Part shown: positions 1 to 12,128 of the stretch, one piece after another | Layout: the number at the start of each line of letters is the position of its first letter | How positions within the stretch are numbered: the stretch's first letter is position 1 | From: Welwitschia mirabilis | Taxonomy: Eukaryota | DNA: 35,252 nt | Direction of reading: 5' to 3' | Assembly: GCA_051453625.1 (NCBI GenBank) | Contig: JBOZIK010000001.1 | Location: forward strand, 14,808,464-14,843,715 | Notes under the pieces: model-generated | The model's input: the letters and a program-made list of their open reading frames with translations, nothing else | The model's database searches: none | Told to the model about the DNA's origin: nothing | Position numbers and translations under genes: made by a program

Positions 1-1063
1 AAGGTATCCTTAGATTTGATAATTAGAAATGGACTATATAAGAGTATTCAATAATATTATAGTCTAACAGTTTAGATCTAACAAATAATGATAACAAATG
101 TAATAACAATCTTGAATGATGATCCTCTAATGAAGAGCTTGAGTTTATTCTTCTTGTTGTTACCACAAGTGCCAAAGAATGATGTCATATTATATGATCC
201 AAAAAGTAAATGATGTAGTCACTAAAAATCCCTTACAAATGTTGGCTTAATGCTTTGTGAGTAGATCCAATTACTCATGCATTTGTGCATGCATACATAT
301 TTTTTTCAAGATTTATAAGATCTATTTGTTATGTTGTTCCTTTATATATTTTGATGGGTTTCTAGTTGTTTAACCTTAGAAAGTAGATGTTTGAACTTTA
401 TAACTATCATGCAATAAATAGAAATAGCTAGTCGTTGAACATGTAATGTCTATTTTATTTGACATGAAATTTCTAAAAAGATTTCTTTAAGATGGTAAAT
501 TTCTTTATCACTTAGACATATTTAACATGGAAGGCATTTTCGATTAGAGTGCCTAGAAATTAATTAAACTTAAACTATATAATCTTTAACCCTTTATGAT
601 CATAAATTTTTAATGCAAATCTTGATTGCTTTCTTGAAATGTAAGTAATTTAGAAAATTATAAATTATCTCTATTAGCTATTCTAGTTCAGTGTAAACAT
701 CCTTAACTATATAAACATCTTTCATCTATATTAGGTCCTTGCTTTAATATTAGTTACTTCATTAAAATATATGTCTTTTACTTGTGATTAAACAATTGAT
801 TTAGCATAGACATTTTTGATGCTATAGACCTCTTTAAATTTATAAACATATTTCCCATAGACATCTTTAATTTTGTAGATGTCTTTAATCAGTTGGGATT
901 TGGCATTTTGAACTCTGAGTTAAACTTTTCTATGAGATTTCATCTTTAAGGTTTAACATGGACTTATGTTTTTCGTGAACTTATTTTCTCCATGCTAACC
1001 TATTTACATAATAAAATAATATATTTGAGAAGTGGAATCATCAAAACTTCATTTTTATTAACA
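1..1063 (-). repeat. 3' LTR of element B (partial)
   Basis: Begins TGTTAA on the minus strand immediately after the PPT; 1-413 is homologous to 18033-18442. Confidence 0.85.
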
Positions 1064-1077
1064 ATCTCCCCCTTTTT
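1064..1077 (-). promoter_or_regulatory. Polypurine tract of element B (AAAAAGGGGGAGAT)
   Basis: Plus strand ATCTCCCCCTTTTT abuts the LTR terminal ACA; typical Sirevirus PPT. A second PPT-like tract lies at ~1569-1580 (GAAAAGGGGAAT on minus). Confidence 0.9.
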
Positions 1078-1579
1078 AATGATGTCCAAAACTTACCAAA
1101 TCTCATTAGTGTAACTGCATTTAATCAAGTGAATTGAGATATTTACATTCAAGAAAGAAAAACACATAATATGTTTGATCAATAGAATTGAGAAATAGTG
1201 ATTTTAACCACTTAAATAAATATGTAGAGTAGAGATTAAGAAAGAAACACAAGCACTAGATAATTTTAGAAAAGGACTAATTATGTAAAGTTTGTCAATA
1301 ACAGTGTGCCAATAATAATAATATTAGAGCATAGTATTTTAATAATATGTAAATAAGAAATGATATTAAATCATGGAAATGTGCCAATGGAAAAAAATAA
1401 CAACATTGCTAGTAATAGTCAAAATTTCATGACATAATGTGTGCTAATAATTAATAGTAATGATTAATTAAAAAATCATGTCACTCACAGAGTCCAATCC
1501 ATCAACTCATAATCAAGTCCTTCATTTTCATATAGGAGGTCCACACTAAAATTGATTTTTCCTTAGTTATTCCCCTTTT

Positions 1580-3057
1580 CAAATAGCATATAAAAATGAG
1601 GTAGTTACTAAGTGTAGAGTTATTAATGTAGTATGCACCCTCTCCTTCATCATTGCTATCATTATCACTATTGAAGATGGTACATGTCTATATGGTATAG
1701 GATGAGGATTATGTTGGTGAAGGCATGTGGTACTTCCTAAAAGGCTACTACAAAGTCTCATCGGGGCTCTCATAGATCTATATCTATATACATGAATATG
1801 TTTAAGAAGTGATAAAAGTCTTAAGGAATCTAGCAGTGACATACTTGGAAAAGGATGATGGTGGTATTACGGTAAGAGATGGAACATGAATAAGTTTAGT
1901 AAAATGTGGAGGTAGTAGTAATGATGGATATGGAGGTGATGATAGTTGTATAGAGTAATGGATAAGTAGTTTGCAACATGACCTATATAAGATAAGGGGG
2001 CTAAATATCAGAGTTCTCTGACTCTTCCTACTGCTTCCCCTATGGTGGACCTAAAGCCTAGTGCTCTAGCTAAACTTGTGCCTATGTGAAAGCCTAATGC
2101 TTTTCTTGTACCTATGCCTTCTCTTGTAAAGACTTGCAAAATCACTATCTACTACTTACCTTGAGTCATAGCTTATATTCCATGGATCTAAAGGTGCCTC
2201 TTCCTCTAATTCATCTTCTAAATCTATCCAAGTGGAAGTTCCCATGAATTCCAAATTACTTATTGATGATTCTCCTTTACTAGTTATAGGTCTGTGCTTT
2301 TTTAGTTTCAACAAATTATGGTTAATCTTTCTAACCATATTTGTAATTGTGTTTAACCCCTTCTTAATGGATGATGAACTATGAGAAGTTATGATCTTTA
2401 AAACTATGATTTTGATGATCTTTTACTTGTTCCCTTACTAGGAGGCACTAATACATATTATTTTTTACTAAATTCTATAAGAAGATCCTTAGTCGAATGA
2501 GGCTTACTTGTAGTATTGATATAATATCACTGCTAATAATTAAACTAATTAAACAAGGGTGACTCAAAGTCTGACCCTTCTGAAACAAAGTAATCATATT
2601 TATTTATATAATAAATCCTAAATTAATCTTTAGACTAGTAAGAAGATAGAACATAATGAATGTCTATAAGGGATTACAATAACTGTATCTGTTACCCTTA
2701 ACTAAAATATTATAAAATGTAATCAAGCTTAAGATAGAAGCATCTAAAATCACTTCATTATATTCTATGCTTTTATAAAAATTCATCCTAGAGTGACCAA
2801 ATAGAATGTTACACATAGAGCATTAGGACATACTAATAGAATGTAAAGCAAAAATATCTTTAAATGAATGAACACACAGTTGAGAGAGCTCAGAATCATC
2901 AATTCCAAGAATAGAATTAATGAAACTAGGAGTAAGATCTAATGAAGTATCTCTAACTAATGTTTGAAATGACCTAGTTATATTAGTAATTTCATGGATG
3001 TTTGTATAAAAATCTTTGTCTACTAGATCTGGAATATCCTGATCTAACTATACAATC
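1580..3057 (-). pseudogene. C-terminal part of B's extra 3' (env-like) ORF, decayed
   Basis: Minus translation near 2900-3035: PDLVDKDFYTNIHEITNITRSFQTLVRDTSLDLTPSFINSILGI. Acidic segment in ORF 2156-2338 (DLEDELEEE) and Pro-rich segments follow. Lies between RNase H and the PPT. Lower boundary approximate. Confidence 0.65.
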
Positions 3058-4434
3058 TGTTAGATTATGTTTTATTAATTCATATCAAACTAATGTTTTC
3101 TGTGTAGCAAATTTTGTGTATCCTATGCAGAAGATGTTAATCACTTACAGGTTAGATGTTGAAGTTGTGAATGTTGAAATTTGATCACTAGAAATCCATC
3201 AAGTTCACTTACACTCTTAAGGAATTAATCAGAATTTTAAGGAGTTGACTGCATTTGTAGCATACTCTTAGGAATGAACTAAATTTAGAGGGGTCGACCA
3301 GATTTTTGATGGGGTCGACTAGATCTATAAACCTAAGAATAATACTCCTAAACTAATTTTTAAGGGGTCAACTAAACATTTAAAGGGGTCGACTGAACCT
3401 AAGCACTGTGTAACTGATATCCCTGAGCCGATTATCATAGGGTCAACTATACCCCTAAAGGGGTTGACCAGACTTGATGTAGAAAATTAGAATGAACTTG
3501 TATCAAGATTAGAGGGTGATAAGAGAGAATTGCATGTGACCAGATGGGGTTCAACCGTACCCTAAGGGGTTGACCAGACATAGAGCTATAAGAAATTGGG
3601 ATGACTAAAACTTCACTTGGATGACCTAGGTAAGTCATGGTACTAGATGGGATTGACTAGACTTTTGAGGGATTGACTAATTAGAATGGAACTAAAATTT
3701 TCTATCCATTTTGTATCCATTAGATAACTATTTTCTAGCTATTTATAGTTATTAGAAGTGCGTTTTCAATTGTAATAAACTGTAGAAGCCTTCAAATATA
3801 AATTTCCAAGAGAGAGGAGATAAAAAAATCTTTTTCACTTTTGATAAAAGAACTAAAATCTTGTAATATTCACTATTAGATCTTGGCATTTCTACTCATG
3901 TCCAAGGAATCTATATTATTTGTTGTATCTATACATTCAAGATCAGATCTTACACTTAATTGTAATATTATCTAGAGGAGAAGAGCTCCATTAAAGTCAT
4001 TGTACTAAAGAAAGAGCGATATTTTTGCATCAAGGAATTATTACCATTACCATTACATCCTTTTAAGGTTAAGACTAAGATTGCAAAATTTTGATTAAAA
4101 AGGTTAAGACTTAGCCTACAAAAGTCCATTTGTAAAGATTATAGGTGAACTTGCACTACCTAGAAGAGTTAACAAAGATCTAAATCAAGCTTAGGGATAA
4201 GCTGATTGTCAACAGTAAAGTAGGGCATTTCTTGAATTACTATAAAATCCTGTGTATATCTATTTGGTATTTTATGCTTTTTGTCAATTTTATTACTTTT
4301 AATAATTTTAGTTTTTATTTATATGCATGATTTTATTAGCAAGTTATTTTAAGCAAGCATTTATTATATCATTATTTTGGTTAATTCTTTAAAAGAATCT
4401 ATTCACTCCCCCTCTAAGGTTCTCAATTCATTCA
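3058..4434 (+). repeat. 5' LTR of element A
   Basis: TGTTAG...TTCA; C-rich ATTCACTCCCCCTCT (4401-4415) about 20 nt before the end, as in Sirevirus LTRs; colinear with 9641-11221. Confidence 0.9.
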
Positions 4435-4436
4435 AT

Positions 4437-4448
4437 TAGTATCATAGC
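4437..4448 (+). promoter_or_regulatory. Primer binding site of A (tRNA-iMet type, decayed)
   Basis: TAGTATCATAGC vs consensus TGGTATCAGAGC (2 mismatches), 2 nt after the LTR CA. Confidence 0.8.
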
Positions 4449-4500
4449 TAAGTTAAGTCTTTTTTTATATTTTAGCTGGTCTAAATTTTAAAACCCTACA

Positions 4501-7500
4501 ATGAGTAATTCCTTTATTGATTTTTCAAATATGCCCTTCTTATACACCTGTACTTTATTTGTATATTTTAGATAGTATGTGGATATATTTTCAAATAGAT
4601 TACAATTAGTGGAAATGCAAAAGAATTAAGTAAAAGTAATACAATATTAGTTAAAAATATGATTAAGAAAAGAGAATTTCTTTTATGGCAATTATGCCTC
4701 CCTTACAAAATTTACCCAACACATTAGAGCAAGATAATTTAGATGTGATTCATGAAGAATAGGATGAGATAGAAGATACCTATTAAGAACTATATCTAGA
4801 ATGTGAAAAGTTAGCTAAAAAGATAAACAATTTAAATAAGATTATAAAATCTCTCACCAAGGAAAAGGAGAAAATGAAATCAAGATTTAAGAAGATCAAA
4901 TCAAAAAAAATCTGATCTCACTTTATATGTTAAATAGTTAACTCATTTTGTTAATAAATTTTTTGATGGCTCTTTCAAATTAGAATAAATGCTTAAAGAT
5001 CAAAAATCTATTGGTGATAAGTTAGGTATTGAATTCGTCTCACAAAAATCTCAAAAGTAGTAAAATCAAGTAACATGGAATAGTAAGTTCTTCTCAAATG
5101 TTACTTATCATTTCTATGGAAAAAATAGTCATTTAAAACTTTTATGCAATGCTAGAAAAATAATGTTGTTATTAAACTCATTTAATACTTTTTCTTTTAA
5201 ATTTATAGCAAAAGGAGGTGTATCACATAAGTCTAAAAACATTATGTATATGAAAGATAATGATCTTAAAAGTCTTTTAATTCAGACTCTTTCAAGATTT
5301 CAAATACTAGTAGTTGGTATATGTATAGTAGGCATTTAAGGCATATGACAAGAGATAAATCTAGGTTCAAGCAATTAAGCAACTTTAAGGGATCAGAGAT
5401 GACTTTTGATGACAATAGAAGAGCAAAAATAGAAGGCATTGGAAGCATTTATGGAGGTAACATTCCTAGAATTAATGAAGTTTCATATGTAAATGGTTTA
5501 AAGCATAATTTATTAAGAATTAGTCAAATTTATGACAAAAGCCATAAGGTACTCTTTGATAAATCAACATGTAAAATCTTGCATGGGAAATCTAATGATG
5601 TAATTATTAGAGAAAGTAGAATAGACAATGTATATAGCGTACATCAATCATTTTCTCCATGTTATTTTTTAAATGTTCTTCAAGAATAGCTTTGGTATAA
5701 ATGATTAGGTCATATTACTTATGACCAGTTGAAAATGATTATTTATAAAAACATTATGAAAGGTATTTCTAAGATAAATGTAGAAAAAAATAAGGCTTAT
5801 GTGATGCATGCCAAAAGGGAAAACAAATAAAAACTTCACATAAAAGTAAAAACCAGATTCCATCTATGCTATTAGATCTTATCCATATGGATCTGATAGG
5901 TCCTGCTCAAACTCGAAGTCTAGGTGAAAAACATTATTTCCTCACTATGATTGATGACTTCTCTAGATATGCTTGGGTAGCCTTCTTGTCAAACAAGTTT
6001 GAAGTATACAAATGTTGGGTTGAGATATGTAAAAAGATTTAAAATAAAAAAGGGTATACCATAAAGAAAATATTAAGTAATCATGGTGGTGAATTTGAGA
6101 ACCATTTATTTACATAATATTATATTGATAATGGAATTAATCAATTTGAGAACCATATTAAATGATAAGGATGTCCTTAAATATTTTTAAGCTGAGGTAA
6201 TTAGCATAGCATGCTACATTATTAATAGATTATATCTTAGGCCTAATACAAATAAAATTGTCATATAAGTTATAAAAAGGAAAACAACCTAGTATTTCAT
6301 ATTTTAAAGTCTTTAAAAGTAAATGCTATGTGCTAAAAGATAGAGAACATTTAAGCACATTCGAGTCTNNNNNNNNNNNNNNNNNNNNNNNNNNNNNNNN
6401 NNNNNNNNNNNNNNNNNNNNNNNNNNNNNNNNNNNNNNNNNNNNNNNNNNNNNNNNNNNNNNNNNNNNAAAAACTTCACATAAAAGTAAAAAGTAGACTT
6501 CCACATCTATGCCATTAGAGCTTATTGATCAAACTCAAAGTCTAGGTGGAAAATGTTATTTTCTCACTATGGTTGATACTTTTCTAGATTTACTTGTATA
6601 TCCTTATTGTAAAATACTTGCAAAGCTTACAAACATTAGGTTGAGATATGTAAAAAAATTCAAAACAAAAAAGGATATACCCTAAAGAAAATAAGAAGTG
6701 ATCATGGTGGTGAATTTGAGAATCATTTTTTTGAGAAATATTACATTAATAATGAAATTGATCATTAATTTTCAGCCTTAAAGACACCACAACAAAATGG
6801 TATAGTTGAAAGAAAGAATAAAGTCCTCTAAGAAATGGCATGAACCATGTTAAATGATAAAGAGATCCCTAAATTGTTTTTGGCTGAGGCAATTAGCACA
6901 GCATGCTATATTATTAATAGAGAATATCTTAGGCCTGGTAGAAATAAAATTTCATATGAGTTATGAAAAGGAAAAAACCTAATATTTCATATTTTAAAGT
7001 CTTTGGAAGTAAATTCTATGTGCTAAAAGATAGANNNNNNNNNNNNNNNNNNNNNNNNNNNNNNNNNNNNNNNNNNNNNNNNNNNNNNNNNNNNNNNNNN
7101 NNNNNNNNNNNNNNNNNNNNNNNNNNNNNNNNNNNNNNNNNNNNNNNNNNNNNNNNNACAAATTGATGAGATTGACACAAGACCAAACTACACTAATGAA
7201 GAGGAAGTTATAACTACAAGCATCTCCATGACTAATGAAGTAACTACTGAAAGTAATGAAATTCCATCAAAAGAAGACACAACGAAAAAACCTAAGTTAT
7301 TAAAAGATCATCCTTTAAAATATATTATTAAAGAAGTAAATTCAAAAATAAATAAAATATATTCTAAGAAGAATTTGTATGCTCACATTTGTTATGCTTT
7401 AAAAATAAAACTCAAGAAATTTGACGAAGCTAAAATTCATAAGGAATAAATGATGGCAATGCAAGATGAGCTATAATAGTTCAAGAGGAATGATGTTTGA

Positions 7501-8905
7501 AAGCTAGTAGAAAGACCAAAAGATAAAAATATCATTGGAACTAATTGGATTTTTAAAAACCAATGTGATGAAGAAAATAATGTCATTAAAAACAAGGTAA
7601 TATTAGTAGCACAAGGCTATAATAAAATAGAAGGCATTAATGTAGGTGATACTTTTTCTCCTATTGCAAGGCTAAATAGCATTAGAATGTTTTTGTCTTC
7701 TGCAGCCTATAAAAATTTTAAAGTTTATCAAATGGATGTGAAGAGTGATTTTCTAAATAATACTTTAAATAAAGAAGTCTATGTAAATTAACTACAAGGT
7801 GTTATTACTTCTCATAAAACCGATTATGTATATAGACTTAAGAAAGCATTATATGGATTGAAATAAGCTCCAAGATCTTGGTATGAGAAGTTAGCCACTT
7901 TTTAAATGAAAACTGATATATTCATGGAACTATAAACAAAACCTTATTTGTAAATAACTTGAAAAAGGATTTCATTATTATACAGATTTATGTAGATGAT
8001 ATTATTTTTGGTGCCTTAACTGAAAAATTATCAAAATAATTTGCAACTATTATGATAACTCATTTTGAAATGAGTATGCTTGGTTAAGTAAAAATGTTTC
8101 TTAGACTATAGATCAAGTAATCTATAGATGGGATATTTATTTCTCAATCCAAATATGCAGGATTAAAAAATGTAAAAACAACTAAAACTCTTATGTCTAC
8201 ATCATGTAAAGTGAGTTTGGATGAAAATGGTAAACTAGTGGATCAAAATATTTACAAAAGTATGATTGGTAGTTTATTATATTTGACTACAAGTAGACCA
8301 GATATTATGTTCAGTGTTGAAGTATGTGTAAGGTATCAATCTCAACCAAAAGAATAACATCTATAAGTAATAAAAAGAATAATTAATTATGTGAAAGGCA
8401 CATGTAATTTTGGCTTATGGTATCCTACAAAGACATCTTTCGAGCTTATAGGTTTTAGTAACATGGATTGAACTGGTTGTAAAGATGATAGAAAGAGTAA
8501 AAGTGGAAATTATTTTATAGTAGGTTCATATTTAGTAGGATGGGCAAGTAAGAAATAAAACTCCATTTATCTCTCAACTGCAAAAGTAGAAGATATTACA
8601 GTAGGTAGTCATTATACTCATCTTTTATGGATGAAAGAAATGCTAAAGTATTTTAATGTTAATTTTAAACAAGTCCCTATCTTTTTAATAATACCAGTTC
8701 TATAATAATATCAAAAAATCTGGTTTAGCACTTAAAAACTAAACATATTAAGCTAAGGCATCATTTTCAAAGAGATCAAGTAGAAAAAGGACACATCTCT
8801 ATGAACTTTATAAGTATAGACCCACAACTGGTAAATGTTGTCACTAATCCCCTAAATTTGATACTTATCTTCATCTCAAAAACAAACTAGGGGTTATCTC
8901 ATTGT
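4501..8905 (+). pseudogene. pol: gag-pol pseudogene of A (gag largely missing; integrase duplicated)
   Basis: PR relic WYMYSRHLRHMTRD (~5314-5357) and VNGLKHNLL; INT IRSDHGGEFEN and TPQQNGIVERKN (~6690-6820); RT YQMDVKS and QIYVDDIIFG (~7983-8012); RH KTKHI.LRHHF (~8735-8770). Many stops and frameshifts. Confidence 0.92.
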
Positions 8906-9155
8906 CCAATGGTTGATTATAAGACAGTCAACTAAATCCTTGATTCGGTCAACTAGATGTGATTAGTTAACTAGAATAAAATCTCGGTCACTTGGATCCT
9001 CTCCATTCTATAGACCCTTTAGTGAAAGATGGCAGTTCAGAATGGAAGTTTCTGTGCTAAATAAGAATTATATTATCTATTTCCATCTTTTCATATTGAT
9101 TATTTCCTTATGTTTGTGCTTATATGCTTTTGTTTTCTTTCTTAACATTGAAGTC

Positions 9156-9640
9156 AAAAGGGGAAGAATTAGTTGTATATTTCTTTGTAATGCTTATGTT
9201 TAATGGAATCAAAGTCTAATTGGTTTTGTTCTCAATTGGTATTTCAAATCTTTTTGTGCAATCATATGAGCTTAACATTTTTCAATGATGAATATTAAAA
9301 ATCCAAATGATGTTTATCTTATATTTGCAATGCACTTCAACTATTTAAAATATTGTATTATGTTAATCTATATTTATAATGAATGTTAATAATCAAAGTG
9401 ACAAAGTTATGTGATCAAAATGTGTTTTTCATAAATATTGTATTCTTAACTCTTTAAATATATACCTTAAAATTGTTTTTGTTTTAGCACAAAATTTGAC
9501 TTATCAAAATGTTTTCAATTAATTTCAAAGGGCTTAAAAATTTTGCAAGGAATGATAGGCATTTTATTAGGGGGAGTTTTCTTATTTTTAATTATTTCTA
9601 CAATTAAATATTATTTTCCATCAATGTCAAGGAAAGAGAT
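9156..9640 (+). promoter_or_regulatory. Multiple PPT signature of A
   Basis: AAAAGGGGAAGAAT (9156-9169), AGGGGGAG (9569-9576) and proximal AAGGAAAGAGAT (9629-9640) directly before the 3' LTR. Confidence 0.75.
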
Positions 9641-11221
9641 TATTAGATTATGTTTTATTAATTTATATCAAACTAATTGTTTTTTGTGTAGAAAATTTTA
9701 TGTATCTTATGTAGAAGATGTTAATCACTTACAAGTTAGATGTTGAAGCCATGAATATCAAAATTTGATCATTAGAAATCTATTAATTTTACTTATCCTC
9801 TTGAGGGATCGATTAGACTTTCAAGGGGTTAATATCACCTAGAGCATACTCTTAGAAATGAATTGAATTCAAAGGGGTTGATTGGATTTTTGATGAAGTC
9901 GACTAGATCTATGAACCTAAGAATAATACTCTTAAACTGATTGTCAAGGAGCTAACTAGACCTTTAAAGGGGTTAACCAGACTTGAGCACTATGCAGCTA
10001 ATATCCCTAAGCTAATTGTCATGGGGTTAACTACATACCTAAAGGGGTTACTTAGAGCTAATGCATGAAATTGAAATGAACTTTTATCAAGACTAGTAAG
10101 TGACTAGACAGAATTACAAGTAACTAGATAAAGTTGACTGAATCATGAAAGGTCGACTAGACATGGAGCCGTAAGAAACTGGGGCAATTAAAAACTTAAC
10201 TTGGGTGACCCATGTAAGTTAATCACCTAATGAGTTCAATTGGAATTTTGAGGGGTTCATCGGCTGAAATAGAACTAACATTTTATATTCATTTTTCATC
10301 CATTATGTATCCATTAGATAGTTGTTTCCTAGTTGTTTATAGCCATTAGAAGCACATTTTCAATTGTAATAAACTTTAAAAGCCTTTTAATATAAATAAA
10401 CAAAAGAAAAAAGAAAAAAATCTTTTTAACTTTTGCTAAAAGGACTAAAAACTTATGATATTCACTATTAGATCTTGGCATTTGTATTTTTGACCAAGGA
10501 AGCTCCATTATTTGTTATATTTGTACATTCAAGATTAGATCTTGCACTTTATTATGGTATTATCTAAAAGTGAAGTGCTCCATTNNNNNNNNNNNNNNNN
10601 NNNNNNNNNNNNNNNNNNNNNNNNNNNNNNNNNNNNNNNNNNNNNNNNNNNNNNNNNNNNNNNNNNNNNNNNNNNNNNNNNNNNTTTTTGACCAAGGAAG
10701 CTTCATTATTTGTTATATTTGTACATTCAAGATTAGATCTTGCACTTTATTGTGGTATTATCTAAAAGTGAAGAGCTCCATTAAAATTATTATATCAAAC
10801 AATGAGTGATATTTATGCATCAAGGGATTCTTAACATCATCATTATATCCTCTAAAGGTTGAGACTAAGCTTGTAAAAGTCCAATTGAAAAGGTTGAGAC
10901 TTAGCTAGCAAAAGTCCATTTGTAAATGTTACAAGTGAATCTTCAATATTTTAAAGAGTTAACAAAATCTAGATTAAGCTTGGGGATAAGCTAATCATCA
11001 AGAGTGAAGTAGGGGATTTCTCAAACCACTATAAAATCTTGTATTCATCTATTTGGTATTTTATGCTTTTTTGTTAGTTTCATTACTTTGAATACTTTTA
11101 GTTTTTCTTTATATGCACAATTTTATTAGTAAGTTATTTTGAGAAAACTTTTCTTATATTGTGATTTTGATTAATTCATTAAAATAACCTATTCACCTCC
11201 CTCTAGGGTTCTTGATCTTTT
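9641..11221 (+). repeat. 3' LTR of element A (contains an N gap)
   Basis: TATTAGATTATGTTTTATTAAT matches the 5' LTR start (TG>TA); ATTCACCTCCCTCT at 11191-11204; terminal CA eroded, so the end is uncertain by 1-2 nt. Confidence 0.88.
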
Positions 11222-11226
11222 AAATC

Positions 11227-11430
11227 TAAGAGACGTATGTTATATTTAATCTTTCCTCTATATCTAAAAGCCAAGTGTTCTTTTTCAATTATTGAGTTTT
11301 TTATTTATATTCTAAACCATTTTGTAGCTACCTCATAATAGAACTAAGGCTCATATTTAGGTCTCCATGGATCTATTGCTAGTTCCTTATTTCTTGGGGT
11401 ACCAATGAATATTCTTATCATCATTTTTCG
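11227..11430 (-). pseudogene. N-terminal part of B's extra 3' ORF
   Basis: Minus translation PRNKELAIDPWRPKYEP*FYYEVATKWFRI...; joins 3057 in frame (RLLD-CIVRSGY) once A and one TSD copy are removed. Confidence 0.5.
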
Positions 11431-12128
11431 AAGAGTATATGTAAATCTAAGTAAAAACCAACTGAAACATGAAAGAATCACTAAAAATTTTCACTTGTAA
11501 AAGAAATAATACCTTTTGAAAGATGTCATTGTAGATAAATCTAAGAAAAATAGCCTTGAGAACCACTTTGATAGGAATACCTATTAAGTACAAGATTCAA
11601 AATGAGAGATGGTGGCCCAATTTCATGATTAAAAAGGGTTAAAACCCTAATTTTTAGTATTTTTTTTATTTTTTTAATAGTTCTTTAAATATGCCTACTT
11701 GCTAAAAGATGTTTAAAATGTAAGACGTAAATGTCTACTTCATAAAAGACATCTATTCTCAAAAATTTTATAAGTAGTTTTTCATTCTATAAAGACATCT
11801 ACCTAATAAAAGATCTATTTAAAAATATTAAAAAGGCATACCTTACCTTCAAAGATGTTTAAAATTTAAAGACATCTGCTTGATAAACATCTATAAATCT
11901 AAAGTTGTTTGTTTGATTGACATCTATAAAACTAATGAAATCTATCCTTAAAAATATAATAACTTTAAAATTCTCCAATACTAATGTCAAGATAATAATA
12001 TAACTTTAAAAAATTAAATTAACATGCATAAAATTTATCTTTTTCAACATATAATCATAATATCAATTCTTAGGATATTATAATATGGAGTTAAGATTTA
12101 AATGATATTAGCTAATGACTTACCTGAT

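Larger units (their letters stand above)
3058..11221 (+). mobile_element. Element A: degenerate Sirevirus-like Ty1/copia element with two LTRs, nested in B
   Basis: Paired LTRs 3058-4434 and 9641-11221, PBS at 4437, copia order PR-INT-RT-RH, multiple PPTs, flanking CAATC (3053-3057) / AAATC (11222-11226). Confidence 0.92.

Noticed and set aside
1579..1842. His-rich 87-aa ORF as a host peptide gene
   Set aside because: It lies in B's decayed 3' ORF region next to the PPTs, with no gene structure or recognisable family.
3002..9746. Similar short ORFs 3002-3184 and 9543-9746 as a duplicated small gene
   Set aside because: The shared peptide is just the start of A's two LTRs.
10487..10782. ~98-bp duplication either side of the N gap in A's 3' LTR
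   Set aside because: Copies are near-identical, flank a ~100-N gap and the 5' LTR has only one copy: most likely an unmerged contig overlap.
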